64,000 nt of DNA from Truepera sp. (GTDB lineage Bacteria; Deinococcota; Deinococci; Deinococcales; Trueperaceae): NCBI GenBank assembly GCA_965218435.1, contig CBDCKW010000009.1, positions 2,336,001 to 2,400,000 of the forward strand. Direction: 5' to 3'. Position 1 is the first letter of the stretch. Every line of letters starts with the position of its first letter. Shown piece by piece: positions 21,002 to 33,426 of the stretch. The notes under the pieces were generated by a model. The model did no database searches. It had not been told where the DNA came from and saw nothing but the letters and a program-made list of their open reading frames with translations. A program made the translations under genes and the position numbers.

Positions 21002-21796
21002 GTGAAACAGATCAGCTCAGCGCAAAATCCTGAAGTCCGGGCAGCGGCCAAACTCAAGCTGCGGCGCTCGAGAGAACGGGAACGTCGTTTTTTAGTTGAA
21101 GGGGTACGAGAGGTCACGCGGGCGCTCGAGGCTGGGGTGAGGCTTGAGACGCTTTATGTCTGTCCAGACTTTTTGGGAGACGATGGGCGCAGCATTCTTA
21201 AATCAGCTGAAGCTCGAGACGTTAGTATCACCGAACTTTCCGGCGCAGCCTTTAAGCTGCTCAGCTACCGGGAGAACCCGGACGGCATTGTGGCCGTAAC
21301 CGAGCGGCAAAAAAAAAGCCTGACCGACCTGAAACTGCCGGACGACGCACTCGTAGTGGTCGTAGAGGGGCTCGAGAAACCCGGCAACTTGGGCGCACTG
21401 CTGCGAACAGCCGACGGCGTGGGCGCACACGCGCTTTTTGTCACGGGGGGAGGGACCGACCTAGAAAACCCAAATGTGGTGCGCTCGAGTATGGGTAGCG
21501 TCTTTTCGTTGCCGACGCTCGCTGTCAGTAGTGACGAGCTTTTAGCATATCTGAACCATGAGCATTTTTCGCTCATTGCTACCACACCGCATACCGAGAC
21601 CCTCTACTGGGAGGCTGACCTTACGGGCCGCGCCGCGATTTTGCTAGGCGCAGAGCACAGCGGCTTGTCACCGGCGTGGTTGGCGGCGGGCGTACCGGTG
21701 CGGATTCCTATGCAGGGACAGGCAGATAGTTTGAACGTGGCGACGGCTGGGGCGCTGCTTCTTTACGAAGCGTTGCGGCAGCGGCGCACTCACTGA
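21002..21796 (+). CDS. TrmH/SpoU family RNA methyltransferase
   Basis: EKPGNLGALLRTAD, GAEHSGL, IPMQGQADSLNVA. Confidence 0.93.
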   Translation: MKQISSAQNPEVRAAAKLKLRRSRERERRFLVEGVREVTRALEAGVRLETLYVCPDFLGDDGRSILKSAEARDVSITELSGAAFKLLSYRENPDGIVAVTERQKKSLTDLKLPDDALVVVVEGLEKPGNLGALLRTADGVGAHALFVTGGGTDLENPNVVRSSMGSVFSLPTLAVSSDELLAYLNHEHFSLIATTPHTETLYWEADLTGRAAILLGAEHSGLSPAWLAAGVPVRIPMQGQADSLNVATAGALLLYEALRQRRTH

Positions 21797-22154
21797 GGAG
21801 CAGTTCGGCAACCTGCGAAAACGCTTCAGCTTGGGGCGTTCCTAAAACTGCCGCATATGCGCCGGTCGCCCGGGCAACCCACGTCGTCAGCGGTTCGTCT
21901 AATTCGCTGACGAGCAGCAGCGTCGCGCCACTCTGAGCAGCAGCTTTTTTAAGCGCCGACAAGACGCCGAGGCCGCTCTTAAAGAGCACGTCCGCACTTA
22001 ACACGATAAGTTCAGGCGCGACCTGTGCAGCTTGCAAACTTGTCAGTGCAAAAGCGGGCGACGCGTCGCTGAGGAGCTGGGTATAGTGACCCGGCACGCT
22101 TAAGAGAGGATAGCTGCTAGGGATGGCGAGGAGGATGGAAGGGATAGGTGCCAT
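21708..22154 (-). CDS. Hypothetical protein, possibly a degenerate receiver-like domain
   Basis: TAGGCT-N6-ATG; PELIVL...SGLGVL..LK pattern; 3' end overlaps the TrmH gene by 89 nt. Confidence 0.45.
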   Translation of the reverse strand: MAPIPSILLAIPSSYPLLSVPGHYTQLLSDASPAFALTSLQAAQVAPELIVLSADVLFKSGLGVLSALKKAAAQSGATLLLVSELDEPLTTWVARATGAYAAVLGTPQAEAFSQVAELLLSECAAAATLRKEAAPQPSPRSNYLPVPA

Positions 22155-22461
22155 AGCGTTAGCCTAAAAGCTAGCGGGTCAGAGATAAGGCAAAAAGGCC
22201 ACAGCGCGGCCCTTTTGGGGGCTTGAAGTAAGAAACTTCACGGCTATGGTTTGACGCTCTAAGTTTCAACGTGGCGACGCACTATATTCTCTAAAAAAGT
22301 TGAGCTTGTTGCTATACTAGGCTTATGTTCTTCTCCTAGTACATATTGAAAGCAAGCCCGGTCTGTTAGGTATCTACTTGTCCTTCACGGTACTGATGGG
22401 TGTCGTTGAGACTGGGCTGACTCGTTCCTTCAAAACCAAAAATGATTTAGGAGAAAACTTC

Positions 22462-23304
22462 ATGGTTCCCACCGAACACCATATTGATATTGCAGGTCGT
22501 TCCCTTTTTGCGCTCGAGGCCAGTTCAGGACACCCTACCGTTATTTTTGAAGCAGGTATGGGAGACTTCTCGAGAGCGTGGCACACCGTACAAGCTGAAA
22601 TTGCCAAGGTCACTAGAACCATCAGCTACGACAGAGCAGGGCGGGGTCAAAGTCAGTTTGCTGGTAAGAATCGAACCTGTGATGACTACTTAGCTGACCT
22701 CTCAGCGATGCTTGAAGCTCTGAACGTGGACAAGCCCTTTGTCTTCGTAGGGCATTCTTTCGGTGGCTATATCGCCCGTCTTTTTGCCTATAGGTTTCCA
22801 GAGAAATTAGCAGGTATTGTGCTGGTTGATTCGGCTCAAGAGGACACCATTTTCAAAATTCGGACGATACTCAGAAACGTATCTTTTCCTCCGAGGCAAT
22901 TCGATGAATCTAAATGGCTTACTTGGCTGAGATTTCATCAGTCTCAACATCTCGACCCTGCGTTTCCTGAAAACCTACTTAATGACGAAGGTCTTGATGT
23001 AACCTCTTGTGAGCGGCAGGTGCGAGAGATTACATCTTTGGGCGATTTACCTCTAGTTGTTATCTCTTCAACGAAGCGTACTGATGACCGGGACGCTGGC
23101 GCTACGGGTATTCCCGCAGAAACAGAGGCAGCTGCCGAGAAAGCGTTGACTGAGTGTCAAACGAAACTCTTGGAGTTATCAACAAACGCAACTCAAATCT
23201 TGGCAACCGAGAGCGGACATTATATTCAAGATGACCAGCCTGAGCTAATCGTCTCGGCTATAGTTCAAATGGTCGAGCGGGTTCGTCGTGAGCCTATGCT
23301 TTAA
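22462..23304 (+). CDS. Alpha/beta hydrolase
   Basis: SYDRAGRGQS, GHSFGG, SGHYIQ; AGGAG RBS before ATG 22462; lower GC. Confidence 0.9.
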   Translation: MVPTEHHIDIAGRSLFALEASSGHPTVIFEAGMGDFSRAWHTVQAEIAKVTRTISYDRAGRGQSQFAGKNRTCDDYLADLSAMLEALNVDKPFVFVGHSFGGYIARLFAYRFPEKLAGIVLVDSAQEDTIFKIRTILRNVSFPPRQFDESKWLTWLRFHQSQHLDPAFPENLLNDEGLDVTSCERQVREITSLGDLPLVVISSTKRTDDRDAGATGIPAETEAAAEKALTECQTKLLELSTNATQILATESGHYIQDDQPELIVSAIVQMVERVRREPML

Positions 23305-23392
23305 CTGCTGAGATAGAACGTCCGAGGTCGTCGGCTGAAGTGCAGATATTAGCCCACACGCTATCACCGAAGTGTCTTAACAGCAACGGTCT

Positions 23393-23422
23393 AAAGCTCG
23401 AGCCTTGCGGCTCGAGCTTTTT
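23393..23422. terminator. Perfect 12-bp hairpin between convergent genes
   Basis: AAAGCTCGAGCC-TTGC-GGCTCGAGCTTT followed by a T run. Confidence 0.75.
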
Positions 23423-23433
23423 ACGGCGCTGAG

Positions 23434-24342
23434 TTAGGCTGCAGATAAAGCGTTAAAAGCCTCAGACAAACACCCGACGATTCGCTCAGCAATTTCACCT
23501 GAGACGTCCAAGTCAGGGTCATAAATGGTCACTTCCATGCCCATACAGTTGGGTGATGCCAACAGAGGCTCGAGCACTTTCCGGAGCACTTCAAACGATA
23601 AGCCGTCAGGTTCGGGGCAGTCTACTGCAGGCATTTCACTTTTATCTACAACGTCACAGTCTAGGTGCAGCCAAAATCCATCGGTTGATTGCGTCACAGT
23701 TTCAAGCGCAGCTTGAGCAACACGATAAGGATCGTCGCTTTGAACCGTACTGCTGTCGCTAATACCCATTCTGAAGCTTCGCAGTTCCTCAAGATGCTCG
23801 TCATTAGCTCTTACGCCGATGAGATGAACATCTTCGTCTTTTACATAAGGCCGAAACGATTCTAGGTTAGTGAGCCTTACGTCCCCCCGGCCTGTCACGA
23901 TGGCTAGGTCTTCACCTGCTGCCTCACCAACGGCAGGTGTGTTGTCAAGATGTCTAAAGTCGCTGTGGGCGTCGAGAAAGATGAGTCCGTAGCGTCCGCG
24001 TCGCCTGAGGGCAAGCGTATTACCTATCAAAATGCTACAGTCACCGCCGAGGACAACTGGAAAGAGATGCTCGTCCAGTAAAAGCTCGAGTCGGTCAGCC
24101 AAGGTGACTGAATAGGTAGCTATAGCGTCCGCATTTCTGTCACCTTCTCCTGCTTGCCACCGTGACCTATATCTAGGCGGCACAAGACTACCTGCGTCCT
24201 CCGCACCTATTTCTTCGAGTAATTGTCTGTTCCGCAATGCCCAAGGAAGTTTGTAACAGCCCGGTATGACGCCCTCTTCGGGTGGTCTAAGTCCGAGATT
24301 AGAGGGAGCGTCAAGAACAGCAATTTTTCTATGTGTGGTCAT
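23434..24342 (-). CDS. Arginase/ureohydrolase family protein (GGDCS variant)
   Basis: LGGDCS, DAHSD, HLDCDV, YDPDLD. Confidence 0.88.
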   Translation of the reverse strand: MTTHRKIAVLDAPSNLGLRPPEEGVIPGCYKLPWALRNRQLLEEIGAEDAGSLVPPRYRSRWQAGEGDRNADAIATYSVTLADRLELLLDEHLFPVVLGGDCSILIGNTLALRRRGRYGLIFLDAHSDFRHLDNTPAVGEAAGEDLAIVTGRGDVRLTNLESFRPYVKDEDVHLIGVRANDEHLEELRSFRMGISDSSTVQSDDPYRVAQAALETVTQSTDGFWLHLDCDVVDKSEMPAVDCPEPDGLSFEVLRKVLEPLLASPNCMGMEVTIYDPDLDVSGEIAERIVGCLSEAFNALSAA

Positions 24343-24444
24343 AGTTGGGTCAGTGTAGCAACATCACTACAGTTACCTCATCAAGGTTGTGTCACCGCAA
24401 CTTGGGACGGCCCCCCGCTCAGGCTGGGCTGATAGCATAAAGCG

Positions 24445-25308
24445 ATGATACGTCACGCACTCGTGCAGTTTAAGCCGCACAAATCGCAGCTGAGCAAGAA
24501 CTTGGCGCGGCTTTCAGACATTGTTCGGCAGCTGGAAGACGAGCAGATTGACGTTTTGACGCTGCCTGAAACCGCGCTGACCGGTTACTTTTTACAGGCG
24601 GGTGTGCGTGAGCAGGCGCTGACCGCAAGCGTACTTTTTGAACTTCTGCAAGATGCTGTGCGGGAGGCCGGACGCACCGACCCGCTAGACATCTGCCTCG
24701 GGTTTTACGAGCGCGAGGGCGGCGCGTTTTTTAACAGCGCGATGTACGCCGAATTTAATACCCCGAACGCGGGCATTCGGCACGTGCACCGGAAGATGTT
24801 TTTGCCGACCTACGGCGTTTTTGACGAAGAACGGTATGTATCTCGCGGTTGGGAACTGGGCGTCTTCGAGACCCGCTTCGGCCGCGCTGGGGTGCTCATC
24901 TGCGAAGACGCGTGGCACGCTTCGACAGCGGCGGTCTTGGCGCTGAAAGGAGCCGACATCTTGTACATTCCGACGGCGAGCCCGGTACGCGATCTGACCG
25001 GCGCAGAGCCCGTCAACGCACGGCGCTGGGAAGATACCGCGAAGGGCATCGCCGCCGAGCACGGCGTCTATGTGCTGACGACTTGCCTCACCGGGTTTGA
25101 GGGGGGCAAAGGATTTTCAGGAATGTCACACGTGATGGACCCTTACGGCGTCGTGGTGGCCAAAGGGGAGCTGTTTGACGAGCAGATGATTGTGACCGAC
25201 GTGCATTTAGAGAGTATCCAAACAGCACGTTACGAAAACCCACTGCTGGCTGACCTGCGCACGAACCTGCCCGAGTTGGTCCGCGCCTTTCAAGAGGTAG
25301 GAGAATGA
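24445..25308 (+). CDS. Nitrilase-family glutaminase, likely ammonia-donor subunit for NadE
   Basis: E-K-C triad: PETALTGY, HRKMFLPTYGVFDE, ICEDAWH; stop overlaps nadE start. Confidence 0.85.
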   Translation: MIRHALVQFKPHKSQLSKNLARLSDIVRQLEDEQIDVLTLPETALTGYFLQAGVREQALTASVLFELLQDAVREAGRTDPLDICLGFYEREGGAFFNSAMYAEFNTPNAGIRHVHRKMFLPTYGVFDEERYVSRGWELGVFETRFGRAGVLICEDAWHASTAAVLALKGADILYIPTASPVRDLTGAEPVNARRWEDTAKGIAAEHGVYVLTTCLTGFEGGKGFSGMSHVMDPYGVVVAKGELFDEQMIVTDVHLESIQTARYENPLLADLRTNLPELVRAFQEVGE

Positions 25309-26183
25309 GTCAAACCCTCAGCCGTACCGAAGCGGTGCCCGTTCTGAGAGCTGAAGGCCGTCCGCGCAAATCACTGACGCTTAACCTACCGGTCACAACC
25401 GACTTTTTGGTTGCTTTTTTACGCGATGAGGTCACGCGGCGTAAAGGGTTTGGGCGCGTCGTGGTGCCGCTGTCGGGCGGGATTGACAGCGCCGTCACCA
25501 TCTACTTGGCAGTAAGGGCGTTCGGCCCGGAAAATGTTCACGCGCTAAGGCTGCCTTACCAAACCTCGCATTCGGACTCGCTGGCACACGCGCAGCTTGT
25601 CATTGACGACTTGGGCGTTCCGGCCCAGACGGTGGACATCACCGGGATGGTTGACGGCTACACCAAGCTAGTCCCAAACATGACGCCGCTGCGTAAAGGC
25701 AATGTGATGGCGCGGGCACGGATGGTCATCGCCTTTGACAAGTCCGCTGAGCTGAACGCGGTCCATCTGGGGACGGGCAACAAGACCGAAAGGTTGTTCG
25801 GCTACTACACCTGGCACGACGTCGCCGACGCCGCGCCGGTCAACCCGCTCGGTGATTTGTTCAAAACGCAGGTGAGAGCTTTAGCTGACTATCTGGGCGT
25901 CCCAAAGGAAATCTCGCAAAAACCGCCCTCAGCTGACCTAGTAGTCGGGCAATCTGACGAGGCTGATTTAGGCATCTCTTACGAGCGGGCGGATACGATT
26001 TTGATTCATCATCTGGCCGGGTTTGAAGACAGCTATATTGAGGGCTTAGGCTTTGCCGAAGCGGAGATTGCGCTAGTCAAAGGACTGGTCGCCAAAACGC
26101 ACTGGAAACGCGAACTGCCGATTTCAGCGGTGACCTCGAGCACCGCCATAGGCGAGTTTTATCTGCGGCCGGTGGACTATTAG
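25305..26183 (+). CDS. nadE: NAD+ synthetase
   Basis: LSGGIDSA, NVMARARM, GTGNKTE, DLFKTQV, KPPSADL. Confidence 0.95.
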   Translation: MSQTLSRTEAVPVLRAEGRPRKSLTLNLPVTTDFLVAFLRDEVTRRKGFGRVVVPLSGGIDSAVTIYLAVRAFGPENVHALRLPYQTSHSDSLAHAQLVIDDLGVPAQTVDITGMVDGYTKLVPNMTPLRKGNVMARARMVIAFDKSAELNAVHLGTGNKTERLFGYYTWHDVADAAPVNPLGDLFKTQVRALADYLGVPKEISQKPPSADLVVGQSDEADLGISYERADTILIHHLAGFEDSYIEGLGFAEAEIALVKGLVAKTHWKRELPISAVTSSTAIGEFYLRPVDY

Positions 26184-26191
26184 CCTGCAAG

Positions 26192-26536
26192 CAGAAATCT
26201 ATCGGTTTTTATCCGTGTCATAAGCTAAAGCGAACAACCCGGTTTTATCAGGCTTTGGGTTTGGCAGTCGCCAGACAAGGCAGTTATGTCAAGGTAACAA
26301 CGGGCGGGTTTGTAGGCTTTTGTCAGCATACTCAGCCGCTTCCCAACCATTCGGGACTTATCTTGACCTTAATCTTAGACGATATAGACGGCGTGTACCA
26401 AAACCTTACCGAGCTAGGCGTCGAGACCGAAGCGCCCCCTAAACTTAATGAACGTTTCGGTATCTACCACTTTTTTGTTCGCGACCCGGACGGCTACCGG
26501 CTCGAGCTACAACGCTTCGCCGACCCGCTAAGCTGA
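26192..26536 (+). CDS. VOC/glyoxalase family protein, N-terminus eroded (possible pseudogene)
   Basis: RFYQALGL...FFVRDPDGYRLELQ; homology extends upstream of TTG 26255 with no start codon. Confidence 0.6.
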   Translation, partial: QKSIGFYPCHKLKRTTRFYQALGLAVARQGSYVKVTTGGFVGFCQHTQPLPNHSGLILTLILDDIDGVYQNLTELGVETEAPPKLNERFGIYHFFVRDPDGYRLELQRFADPLS

Positions 26537-26575
26537 ACCGGTATATTAGGCGCGGGGCAATTTCAGGAGGCTCGT

Positions 26576-26995
26576 ATGCACGGATTTTTTCGGGATTTTC
26601 AGCTTTTTATTGCCCGCGGTAACGTGTTAGATTTGGCTGTTGCGGTCGTGCTCGGGGCGGCGTTTGGATCGATCACCACGTCGCTGGTAGACGATGTGAT
26701 CATGCCGCCCATCGGTTACCTGATCGGCGGCGTAGATTTTCAAAATCTGGTCTTGCGCCTGAACAGCGAGGTTGTGATTCGTTATGGTGCATTCTTAAAC
26801 ACCGTCATCAACTTTTTAATCGTCGCCCTGGCGATGTTTGTAGTGGTGCGGGTTGCGACTGCGGTACAGAATTTTCGGCGTCAAGAGGCCGCGAGCGAAG
26901 AGGCTGAAGAACTGCCGCTCGAGGTCGCCCTCTTACAAGAAATCCGTGATCTGCTCGCCTCTAAAACAACTGCTGGGGAGACGCCCAAGTCCTAA
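26576..26995 (+). CDS. mscL: Large-conductance mechanosensitive channel
   Basis: FIARGNVLDLAVAVVLGAAF, YGAFLNTVINF, LLQEIRDLL. Confidence 0.96.
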   Translation: MHGFFRDFQLFIARGNVLDLAVAVVLGAAFGSITTSLVDDVIMPPIGYLIGGVDFQNLVLRLNSEVVIRYGAFLNTVINFLIVALAMFVVVRVATAVQNFRRQEAASEEAEELPLEVALLQEIRDLLASKTTAGETPKS

Positions 26996-27003
26996 ACTAA
27001 GGT

Positions 27004-27156
27004 GTGGCAAAGACGCGTAAAAAGTCCGAGTTGCCGAGTAAAGTGTGCGCACACTGTGGCCTGCCGTTTAGTTGGCGTAAAAAGTGGGAACGCGATTGGG
27101 ATAGTGTGCGCTACTGCTCGGAGCGGTGCCGCCGGGAAGCGAAGCGGAGTACCTAG
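27004..27156 (+). CDS. DUF2256-like small Cys4 zinc-finger protein (50 aa, absent from ORF track)
   Basis: [57 protein letters not shown]5-GTG. Confidence 0.88.
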   Translation: MAKTRKKSELPSKVCAHCGLPFSWRKKWERDWDSVRYCSERCRREAKRST

Positions 27157-27176
27157 CACGCACCTATAGCCCACAC

Positions 27177-28016
27177 CTAGTGATGGAGCAGCACCGGTAC
27201 GTCAGCTTCTAGCACCACGTCCCTGGTCGTCGAACCACGAAAAAATTCGGCCAAGCGCCCGGTTTCAAATGCGCCGATGGCGATAATGTCGCCCGCTTGC
27301 GCCGCACCGACAATGGCTTCGGTGGGGTCACCTGTAAGAATGTCGGCGGCGAGGTCTACACCGTCTCTTTGAGCGTGCTCAAGCGCCCGCTCGAGGGGAG
27401 CCCTGGCCGTTTTCTCGTCGTCTTGCACGTTGAGGGCCAAAACCGGCAGCTGCGTAGGTTTGGCGAGCGCGAGCGTATAGGTGAGCGCCCCTTCAGCACC
27501 GTCCGAGCCGTCGTAGCCGAGGACGAGCCGCCGGGGTTCGGTAAAGTGACTCGTGACCAGCAGCACCGCTCCCTCAGCGCGGCGCACGAGGCGTTCAGCG
27601 ACGCTGCCGAGCCGAGCTGAGCGTTCTAGCTCAGCACTCTCCCCTTCTTTACCGATCACGATCAGGGTCTCCCCTTCGGCGCGGTCTAAAATCTCGTTTT
27701 CGATAGGGCCGGTCGGCAATTCGAGCTCAGCCGAGACGCCCAGCTCGTTGAGGAGTGCCTGCGTCTTGGCGCGAACCTCCTCGGCGCGTTTTTCCATCAC
27801 TTCTTGCAGTTCGGTATCAAAAGAAGGCGTTGACAACACCGGGTCCCCCATACCGACCTCGAGTTCACTCGGCGCGGTGACGGCGCGAAGGTCAATGACG
27901 TGGACAGCCCGGAGCGGCACCCTCAGGCGCTCACTGAGCAGCACCGCGTAACGCGTGGCTACCTCGGCGTAAGGAGAAGCGTCTACCGCTAGGAGGAGAG
28001 AAGAAAACTGAGTCAT
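27177..28016 (-). CDS. Tandem-domain universal stress protein
   Basis: LLAVDAS, LGSVAERLVR, LGYDGS, GSTTRDVV; TATACT-N6-ATG at 28016. Confidence 0.9.
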   Translation of the reverse strand: MTQFSSLLLAVDASPYAEVATRYAVLLSERLRVPLRAVHVIDLRAVTAPSELEVGMGDPVLSTPSFDTELQEVMEKRAEEVRAKTQALLNELGVSAELELPTGPIENEILDRAEGETLIVIGKEGESAELERSARLGSVAERLVRRAEGAVLLVTSHFTEPRRLVLGYDGSDGAEGALTYTLALAKPTQLPVLALNVQDDEKTARAPLERALEHAQRDGVDLAADILTGDPTEAIVGAAQAGDIIAIGAFETGRLAEFFRGSTTRDVVLEADVPVLLHH

Positions 28017-28198
28017 AGCGACAGTATAAAGGGCGCAACTATACTTGGCTGGGTGAACGGCTTTGTAACGTCGTAAGCGGATGGCGCAAGTTTCTTTTGT
28101 AGGCCAGCACCTTCTGCATTCTTGATTCCGAGTTCTTACTTCTGCAGGACACACTGCCCACGCTACCAACTCGTTCAGGCAAAACGTTCAGGTAGAAC

Positions 28199-29467
28199 CT
28201 AGTACAAGATAATAAAGTCGAGGTCGGCAGGTCCGGCGACAAAGATGTTTTCGCGTGCCACTGCGCCGACCGTCACCGGGCCGGAAAGCCGTGCGAGCGA
28301 CGCGACAAACGCGTCTATATCGGCTTCGGTCGGGGCAGGACGAATCTGCTCGAACAGCCCGATACGCTGCAGGCGGTTGACGCTCGCTTGGGTCAGGCGG
28401 GCGACCTCGGCGCGGAGGCTCGAGCGGCTGACCGGTGCGCCGCTGCCCCCGGCGTAAAGCTGACGGCTGGCGATGAGCTGACCGCGCTCTAAAAGCTTAC
28501 GGTTGACGTACGCTTCGACTTTAACCATAACTTTAGCCCCACCGACAAAATTGTCTGCCGCTAGCAGCACGACCAAATCTTCGCCAGGCGTTGCAGCAAT
28601 CGCGCCGATCAAACTGTTGAGCTGATCGGTGTTGAGTTCAACGTCGCTGGCCCCGCGCTGGATAGCAGCACTTTGTGCGCCTGCGACAAACTGTTGCAGC
28701 GCAGCTGAAATCGCCGTGATGTTTTGGGCGCTGATCAGGTCACTGTAGACGATTTCGTTTTGGCGGTAGGTGAGTTCACTGCCGCTCGCCGCCTCAAACT
28801 GTGCGAGCGTATCGCGGAGGTTTTGCGCTTCGCGTTCACTTCTGACGCGGAGCGCCTGCAGCTCTTCGTTAAGCGTGACGACCTGCGTTTGCAGGTCGTT
28901 AAAGGTTCCTTGGATGGCGGCATTTTGGGCGCTGAGCCGGGTGTTCTGGGCGCCGAGCGACTCGTTGGCGAGTGCGAGTTCAGCATTGTTTTCTTCTAAC
29001 GCTGCGCTGTCTCTTTTTAGACGTTCTTGCTGGTCACTTAAAGCTTTAAGCTCAGCTAAGGTGCGCTCGCGGATACGGAGCGCCGCGTCCCGTGCGGCCC
29101 TAGCCCGATCTTTGGCCACTTCAGCGTCGTCAATGGTCGCTCTCGCCCGCACCAATTCTTCTTGGGTCGTGGTGACCTGCTGCTCGAGCCTCTCCTGCTG
29201 TACCCTTAAGTCGCCGAGTTCGCGGGCCGTTTGCTGTGACCTTAACAGCACCCCGGTCGCGCCGCGAAACGCCAAACTCAGGACGCCCATCGTACTGAGC
29301 ATAATCAGGACGCCCGCAACGATGCCGACGGCTTGCCCGGTACGCCGAGGTCGCCAACCAAAGACGCTGAGCCGCCGCCGCCCGACCCACGCCCCAAGCC
29401 GGTCGCCCGCATAGGCAATCACGCCTGCAAGCGCCAACAAGACGAAGAGCAAGAAGAGGGAAAACAC
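28199..29467 (-). CDS. DUF3084 domain coiled-coil protein
   Basis: IAYAGDRLGAWVGRRRLSVFGWRPRRTG; downstream of lptB. Confidence 0.85.
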   Translation of the reverse strand: MFSLFLLFVLLALAGVIAYAGDRLGAWVGRRRLSVFGWRPRRTGQAVGIVAGVLIMLSTMGVLSLAFRGATGVLLRSQQTARELGDLRVQQERLEQQVTTTQEELVRARATIDDAEVAKDRARAARDAALRIRERTLAELKALSDQQERLKRDSAALEENNAELALANESLGAQNTRLSAQNAAIQGTFNDLQTQVVTLNEELQALRVRSEREAQNLRDTLAQFEAASGSELTYRQNEIVYSDLISAQNITAISAALQQFVAGAQSAAIQRGASDVELNTDQLNSLIGAIAATPGEDLVVLLAADNFVGGAKVMVKVEAYVNRKLLERGQLIASRQLYAGGSGAPVSRSSLRAEVARLTQASVNRLQRIGLFEQIRPAPTEADIDAFVASLARLSGPVTVGAVARENIFVAGPADLDFIILY

Positions 29468-29481
29468 CGCCCCGCCCGCGC

Positions 29482-30258
29482 TTAAAGTTGAAAGTCGGTG
29501 CCTAGATAATGCGTCCGGACGCTCTCATCTGCTGCAAACGCGTCGGGTGTCCCCTCGAACAAGACCTTCCCGTCAAACATCAGGTAGACCCGGTCGGCAA
29601 TTGAAAGCGTCTCACGGACGCTGTGGTCGGTTAGCAAAACGCCCAAGCCGCGCCGTTCGCGCAGGTCGGCGATTAAAAGCTGAATCTCGCGGATATTTTT
29701 GGGGTCCACGCCGGTAAACGGTTCGTCGAGCAAGATAAAATCCGGGTTGGTGGTCAGGCTGCGGGCAATCTCGAGCCGCCGCCTCTCACCCCCCGAAAGC
29801 GTATCGGCCCGGTGCTGCGCGAGCCGGGACAACCCGAACTCTTCTAACAGCCCATCCGCCCGCCGGTCTTGCTCGGCTTTAGAAAGCTTTTGAAACTCTA
29901 AAATCGCCATCAGGTTATCGCGCACTGAAAGTTTACGAAACGCGCTCGGCTCTTGCGCCAAGTAGCCCAGCCCGCGCCGCGCCCGTTTGTACATCGGCCA
30001 ACCCGTAATCGTCTCACCGCCCAGCGTGATACGCCCCGAGTTGGGCCGGACAAACCCCACCATCATATAAAACGAGGTCGTTTTACCCGCTCCGTTGGGG
30101 CCTAAGAGCGCGACGATTTCGCCGCGCTCGAGGTTAAAACTCACGCCGCCCACGACCGTTCGGCCGCCGTAGCGTTTAACGAGCGAGTCGGCCTCGAGTC
30201 TCAGGATTTCACGTTTGGGGGGCGGAACACTTACAACAGACGGAACTGTTACAGACAT
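29482..30258 (-). CDS. lptB: LPS export-type ABC ATPase
   Basis: [54 protein letters not shown]. Confidence 0.93.
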   Translation of the reverse strand: MSVTVPSVVSVPPPKREILRLEADSLVKRYGGRTVVGGVSFNLERGEIVALLGPNGAGKTTSFYMMVGFVRPNSGRITLGGETITGWPMYKRARRGLGYLAQEPSAFRKLSVRDNLMAILEFQKLSKAEQDRRADGLLEEFGLSRLAQHRADTLSGGERRRLEIARSLTTNPDFILLDEPFTGVDPKNIREIQLLIADLRERRGLGVLLTDHSVRETLSIADRVYLMFDGKVLFEGTPDAFAADESVRTHYLGTDFQL

Positions 30259-30309
30259 AGGCTGATGCTATCACGCGGGCTGTGAGAAACTTTCCCCAGC
30301 TGCCTTTTA

Positions 30310-31080
30310 CTAGAGATGGCTAGCCAAGAAGCTATCCCACGAAGCAGCTTCGGATGCTGGGATCTCAAGATGCCCCCCAGGATTGATGTGCATTGACTTT
30401 TCTCGGCTGCCAAGAGCATTAAAGAGCGCCAACCCATAGTCTCGCTCACGGATGGCATCATCCCATTGAAAAGTAAATCGTAATGGGATCGTAATTTTTT
30501 GGGCAGCCAACCTCAACTTAGTATGTTTGGGGTGCAGTTGCGCGAGACCTAAGACAGCACATTTGAAACGTTTGTCTGCTGCGAGTAAGGGAATACCAAT
30601 GCTACTACCTTGAGAAACGCCCCAATAAGCCATCGGGATGTGGATAGCAATAGTGTTTGAATCAAGTACAGCGTCTAACACAGCTTGCCACTCCGGGACC
30701 ACTTGCGCCGCAAGGTCGTCTAAATACTTAATCTTTTCCTCTACACTCATCGGTGGTGCAATAGGCTCTCCTTTGACTCGAGCCAAAGTTCTGGCTTGTG
30801 CTAACGCTGCCTCTTCCGAGCTTATACGGTCACCGTGTTTCGGCGCGTCAACCGCAAGGGTAGCCCAACCAAAATCCTTGGCGTAACGTACCGCACGTGT
30901 ACGAATAGTTTCACTTTTCCTGTTTTGAGAGCCCCCATGCCCCATCGCAATGAGCGCACACGGTGTGATACTTGGTAAGGGAGTCCAAAGAACACTTGGG
31001 ACTGTTTCACCTGCTACAGCAACGTCGAAGTCATGTTGAACAACACCGCCGTTTATAGCTTTGACTCTCTTGAATTCCAT
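30310..31080 (-). CDS. Alpha/beta (dienelactone-hydrolase-like) hydrolase, AT-rich
   Basis: MGHGGSQ, DAPKHGDR, WGVSQG, NPGGH. Confidence 0.8.
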   Translation of the reverse strand: MEFKRVKAINGGVVQHDFDVAVAGETVPSVLWTPLPSITPCALIAMGHGGSQNRKSETIRTRAVRYAKDFGWATLAVDAPKHGDRISSEEAALAQARTLARVKGEPIAPPMSVEEKIKYLDDLAAQVVPEWQAVLDAVLDSNTIAIHIPMAYWGVSQGSSIGIPLLAADKRFKCAVLGLAQLHPKHTKLRLAAQKITIPLRFTFQWDDAIRERDYGLALFNALGSREKSMHINPGGHLEIPASEAASWDSFLASHL

Positions 31081-31153
31081 CTCCCTCAACCCATCCACTT
31101 ATCCGCTAAGTAACCGGCAAATAGGGCAAATAGATAGAGCGACTCAAAAAGAC

Positions 31154-33424
<2,271 letters not shown>

Positions 33425-33426
33425 TC

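Noticed and set aside
23297..23438. Integron attC site (TTTAAC ... GTTAGGC)
   Set aside because: The ends are simply the stop codons of two convergent genes; no L-box pairing, no repeated sites and no integrase.
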